Below, piece by piece: positions 60,921-64,000 of a DNA stretch of 64,000 nt. Origin of the DNA: Chrysomallon squamiferum (lineage: Eukaryota > Animalia > Mollusca); the NCBI GenBank assembly GCA_012295275.1, contig CM022679.1:21700001-21764000 (forward strand), written 5' to 3'. The notes below the pieces were generated by a model. That model was not told the origin of the DNA and ran no database searches. It worked only from the letters and a program-made list of their open reading frames with translations. Numbering within the stretch: position 1 is the first letter of the stretch; each line of letters begins with the position of its first letter. The translations under genes were made by a program, and so were the position numbers.

Positions 60921-61244
60921 TATAACTAAGTTCAAGAAGAAAAATAATAAATAAGTAATAATATAAATGAAGGTTAAGTAAACTAAAAATAAACAAAAAG
61001 CAACAGCAAACAAACAGACAAATAAAGTAAATGAATAATAAGTAAATAAATAAATAAATAAGTAAAAATGGGTCAGAAGATAAAGATTTCTACTGTACCT
61101 CCATGAACAGCTCTGGTCACTATCTTTATGACGTCATAAACGTTACCATGGCTCAAAACGTAACGCAAGGCATGAAAGAAAACTAAATAACGAACGTATG
61201 TATAATCTGCATAATACAAGATGAAACATTCAAATAAATATAAA

Positions 61245-61348
61245 ATAATTTGTGATTAATGTTTATTCAATACACTGTACTGCAGTATAATACAAGTCAG
61301 TATTATACTGCAGTACAGTGTATTGAATAAACATTAATCACAAATTAT
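61245..61348. repeat. Perfect inverted repeat, 49-bp arms with a 6-nt spacer
   Basis: 61245-61293 is the exact reverse complement of 61300-61348; spacer AAGTCA. Confidence 0.97.
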
Positions 61349-61423
61349 ATATATATATAATGTACATGTGTCTGTGTATGTATATATATATACATATATA
61401 TTATCCACAACCTATATGTATAA

Positions 61424-61528
<105 letters not shown>

Positions 61529-61613
61529 CATACATCATATGTACATGTATATGTATATGTATATGATCATTTTCATAATAATTTGCATAAAATTTAACTT
61601 CCATTACATTGTT

Positions 61614-61645
<32 letters not shown>

Positions 61646-61897
61646 GAATATGTATGAAAACAATACTTATTTTTGTAAAAAAGTTGATGGTGAAAATTAG
61701 ATTTGATTGTATATCCTATAGTTTGTGTGAATGTTAGTATTACGTTTAAAGTGCCAACTGAATCTTTACGAATGATCAAAATTATTACAACATTAAAAAA
61801 CCCTAACCTTTTCAGATTAATAAATACACACGTATATAAAATTATTATGTGTATGTTCATTCATTTTTATTACTGTATTAATTAATTAATTAATTAC

Positions 61898-61979
<82 letters not shown>

Positions 61980-63695
61980 AATTAAAATTAAAATTATTAT
62001 CTTTCTCCTGTTTCTTTTCAGTTTTTCAATTATATATTTTTTGTTATTAATTCTGCATTTTGGAAAGTAATTATTTTAAAATAATTTTTACCTGACTATA
62101 AGAAAAAAACTGGCCTAACTTTAATTAGCGGAACTAAATCATGTTTTTTTGTGTGTATCGTCTGACGGGTTATATAACTGATATTAAAAACCGAATACAT
62201 TTTATAAAATAATTTAATTTGATACAATATTTCCCACCTAAAATCTACTATTATTGTTTTTGGTGCCATGAATTTTAATTTCATTTATTTTTTAAACTTT
62301 TACAAAATATTTTGTTATTTTATTTTACAATTTCAAAAATGAATAAAAATAGGTAAGTAATTTAAAAAATCAAAAAATAAGAAATCAAATATTATATAAT
62401 TTAACACATAAAAAAAATATTAAATAATTTAGTAAATAAAACATTGAAAAATAAGATAATATTAAAAATAAATAATGTAAAATTAAAGTAAAGTAAAGTA
62501 AAGTAAAATGAAATAAATTGTTTAGAAAATTTAATTTAGCAAATAATCATTTCTATATTTTCAAATATTTCAGATTCATATACTCTCTTTGAGTTTAAAA
62601 ATATCAGATTTGTAAAAAATAATTTTCCATATATTTATTTGTATTATGCTTTTTCACATGTTTAATGCTGAAGTCAAGATAATACGCAGAAATCACAATT
62701 AATTATCGATTTCATATTCATTGCAATATTTTCACAAGCCACATCTATGCCTCACTGTACATGACATAATAACTTTGCTCATATCGAATAGTTATATTTA
62801 TTGTTGTATTTAGAAATAAACTTACACAAAATTTCATGTTATGTTTCTTTATAGATGTATACTTTTTTACGAAAACGAATAAAAAGATTTGAATTATTTG
62901 TTTGTTTTATTCTCAGAAATTGAATACATGAATGAATGAGTGAGAATGAAAAGAATTAGAAACACTGTTGACCCTTCAGTTTTGCGGACATTGGTTTTTC
63001 GGATTTCCGGATTTCCGGGTCAAATCATGAAGAATCACAAAATTTGAACTTACAACCATTTCCCTCTTGAACCCTGACCTCTAGGTAATGTTACGTTATT
63101 CTGAAGCCCGCTTTACGAGCAACAATCTCTGAACTCTCTCTCTCAATGTTAGAGCAAATTTTACGGTTGCACCCATAACTTTCCTAACCTAACAAACCTC
63201 ATGCAAACTAGTCTACGTTTCTACTGTACACTTTTCTTTACGTTTGCTGTAAGGCATTTGTTTACATAGTGTTTATGTTTGTGTATTGCTCGTACATTAT
63301 TACTGTATTATGTTACTATATTATACAGGGTTAATCTCCCATATTAGTCCGTAAAATCAAAAGTCAATAGTATTTTCCGTCAAATTGTTTACTGACATTG
63401 AAAAAGTTTTAATCATAGCGAAAGATAACTCCTGTACTACTAAAACAGAAACCATTCAAGAGTTGTCTAACGTAGACAAGGTTAATAATATTTCCTTTGT
63501 TTTGATTTTTTTTTTTTTTTTTTTTTTTTAATTAAATTAATTAATTACTTCTACTTTTAAAATTTTAAATTTTTCGTTAATTCTAATTAAAGCATGGAAT
63601 TATACAGGGAATCTTTGTTGCGGCTGTCATTAAACGGGATTCATAAACTGATATCATAACAATATTTAGTTAATTAATTTAATTTCGCGTGTTTG

Positions 63696-63737
<42 letters not shown>

Positions 63738-64000
63738 CATTTTTCATCAGTCCTATTTAACATGGGTGACCTATCTAAATTAACATCATAGAATTTTCAC
63801 AGATTTTATAGCTATGAAGATGCATTTAACTGTAATTAGATTGTATTATACCAGCTCAAATAATAATAACATATGCATATATATCTCTGTCTGTCTGTTT
63901 GTCTATCTGTTTTTAATCTATCTGTACGTCTATCTAGCTATCGTCTATCTAGCTATCTATTTCTTTTCCTGTCTGTCTGGCTGTATCTATCTATCTATAT

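Noticed and set aside
62960-63480. Possible DNA-transposon end (ggatttccggatttccgg...)
   Set aside because: No matching terminal inverted repeat, target-site duplication or transposase remnant was seen in the window.

Overview
Eukaryotic, very AT-rich and microsatellite-dense genomic DNA from an invertebrate animal. A mollusc or other lophotrochozoan is my inference from protein and repeat style, not proven. Nearly all ORFs in the six-frame track are translations of simple repeats. I can support two genes of the PMP22/claudin/CACNG superfamily, arranged head-to-head about 21.4 kb apart. (1) Minus strand: first coding exon (23451-23244) of a stargazin/TARP (CACNG)-like gene. I could not find its later exons, so intron 1 appears to run more than 23 kb off the left edge. 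(2) Plus strand: a complete four-coding-exon gene (44842-45040, 58062-58163, 59328-59483, 59936-60168; 229 aa) for a short-tailed four-transmembrane claudin/TMEM114/TMEM178/GSG1-like protein, with all three introns in phase 1 as in CACNG genes. Also present: a 5'-truncated LINE 3' end, several degenerate minisatellites (one with a higher-order repeat), probable old SINE remnants, many short CpG-rich islands, a perfect 49-bp-arm palindrome, uORFs and at least six full CRE palindromes. No prokaryotic, CRISPR, tRNA or rRNA features were seen. I found no clearly new biological system; the best candidate is the TARP-linked, TARP-structured paralog.
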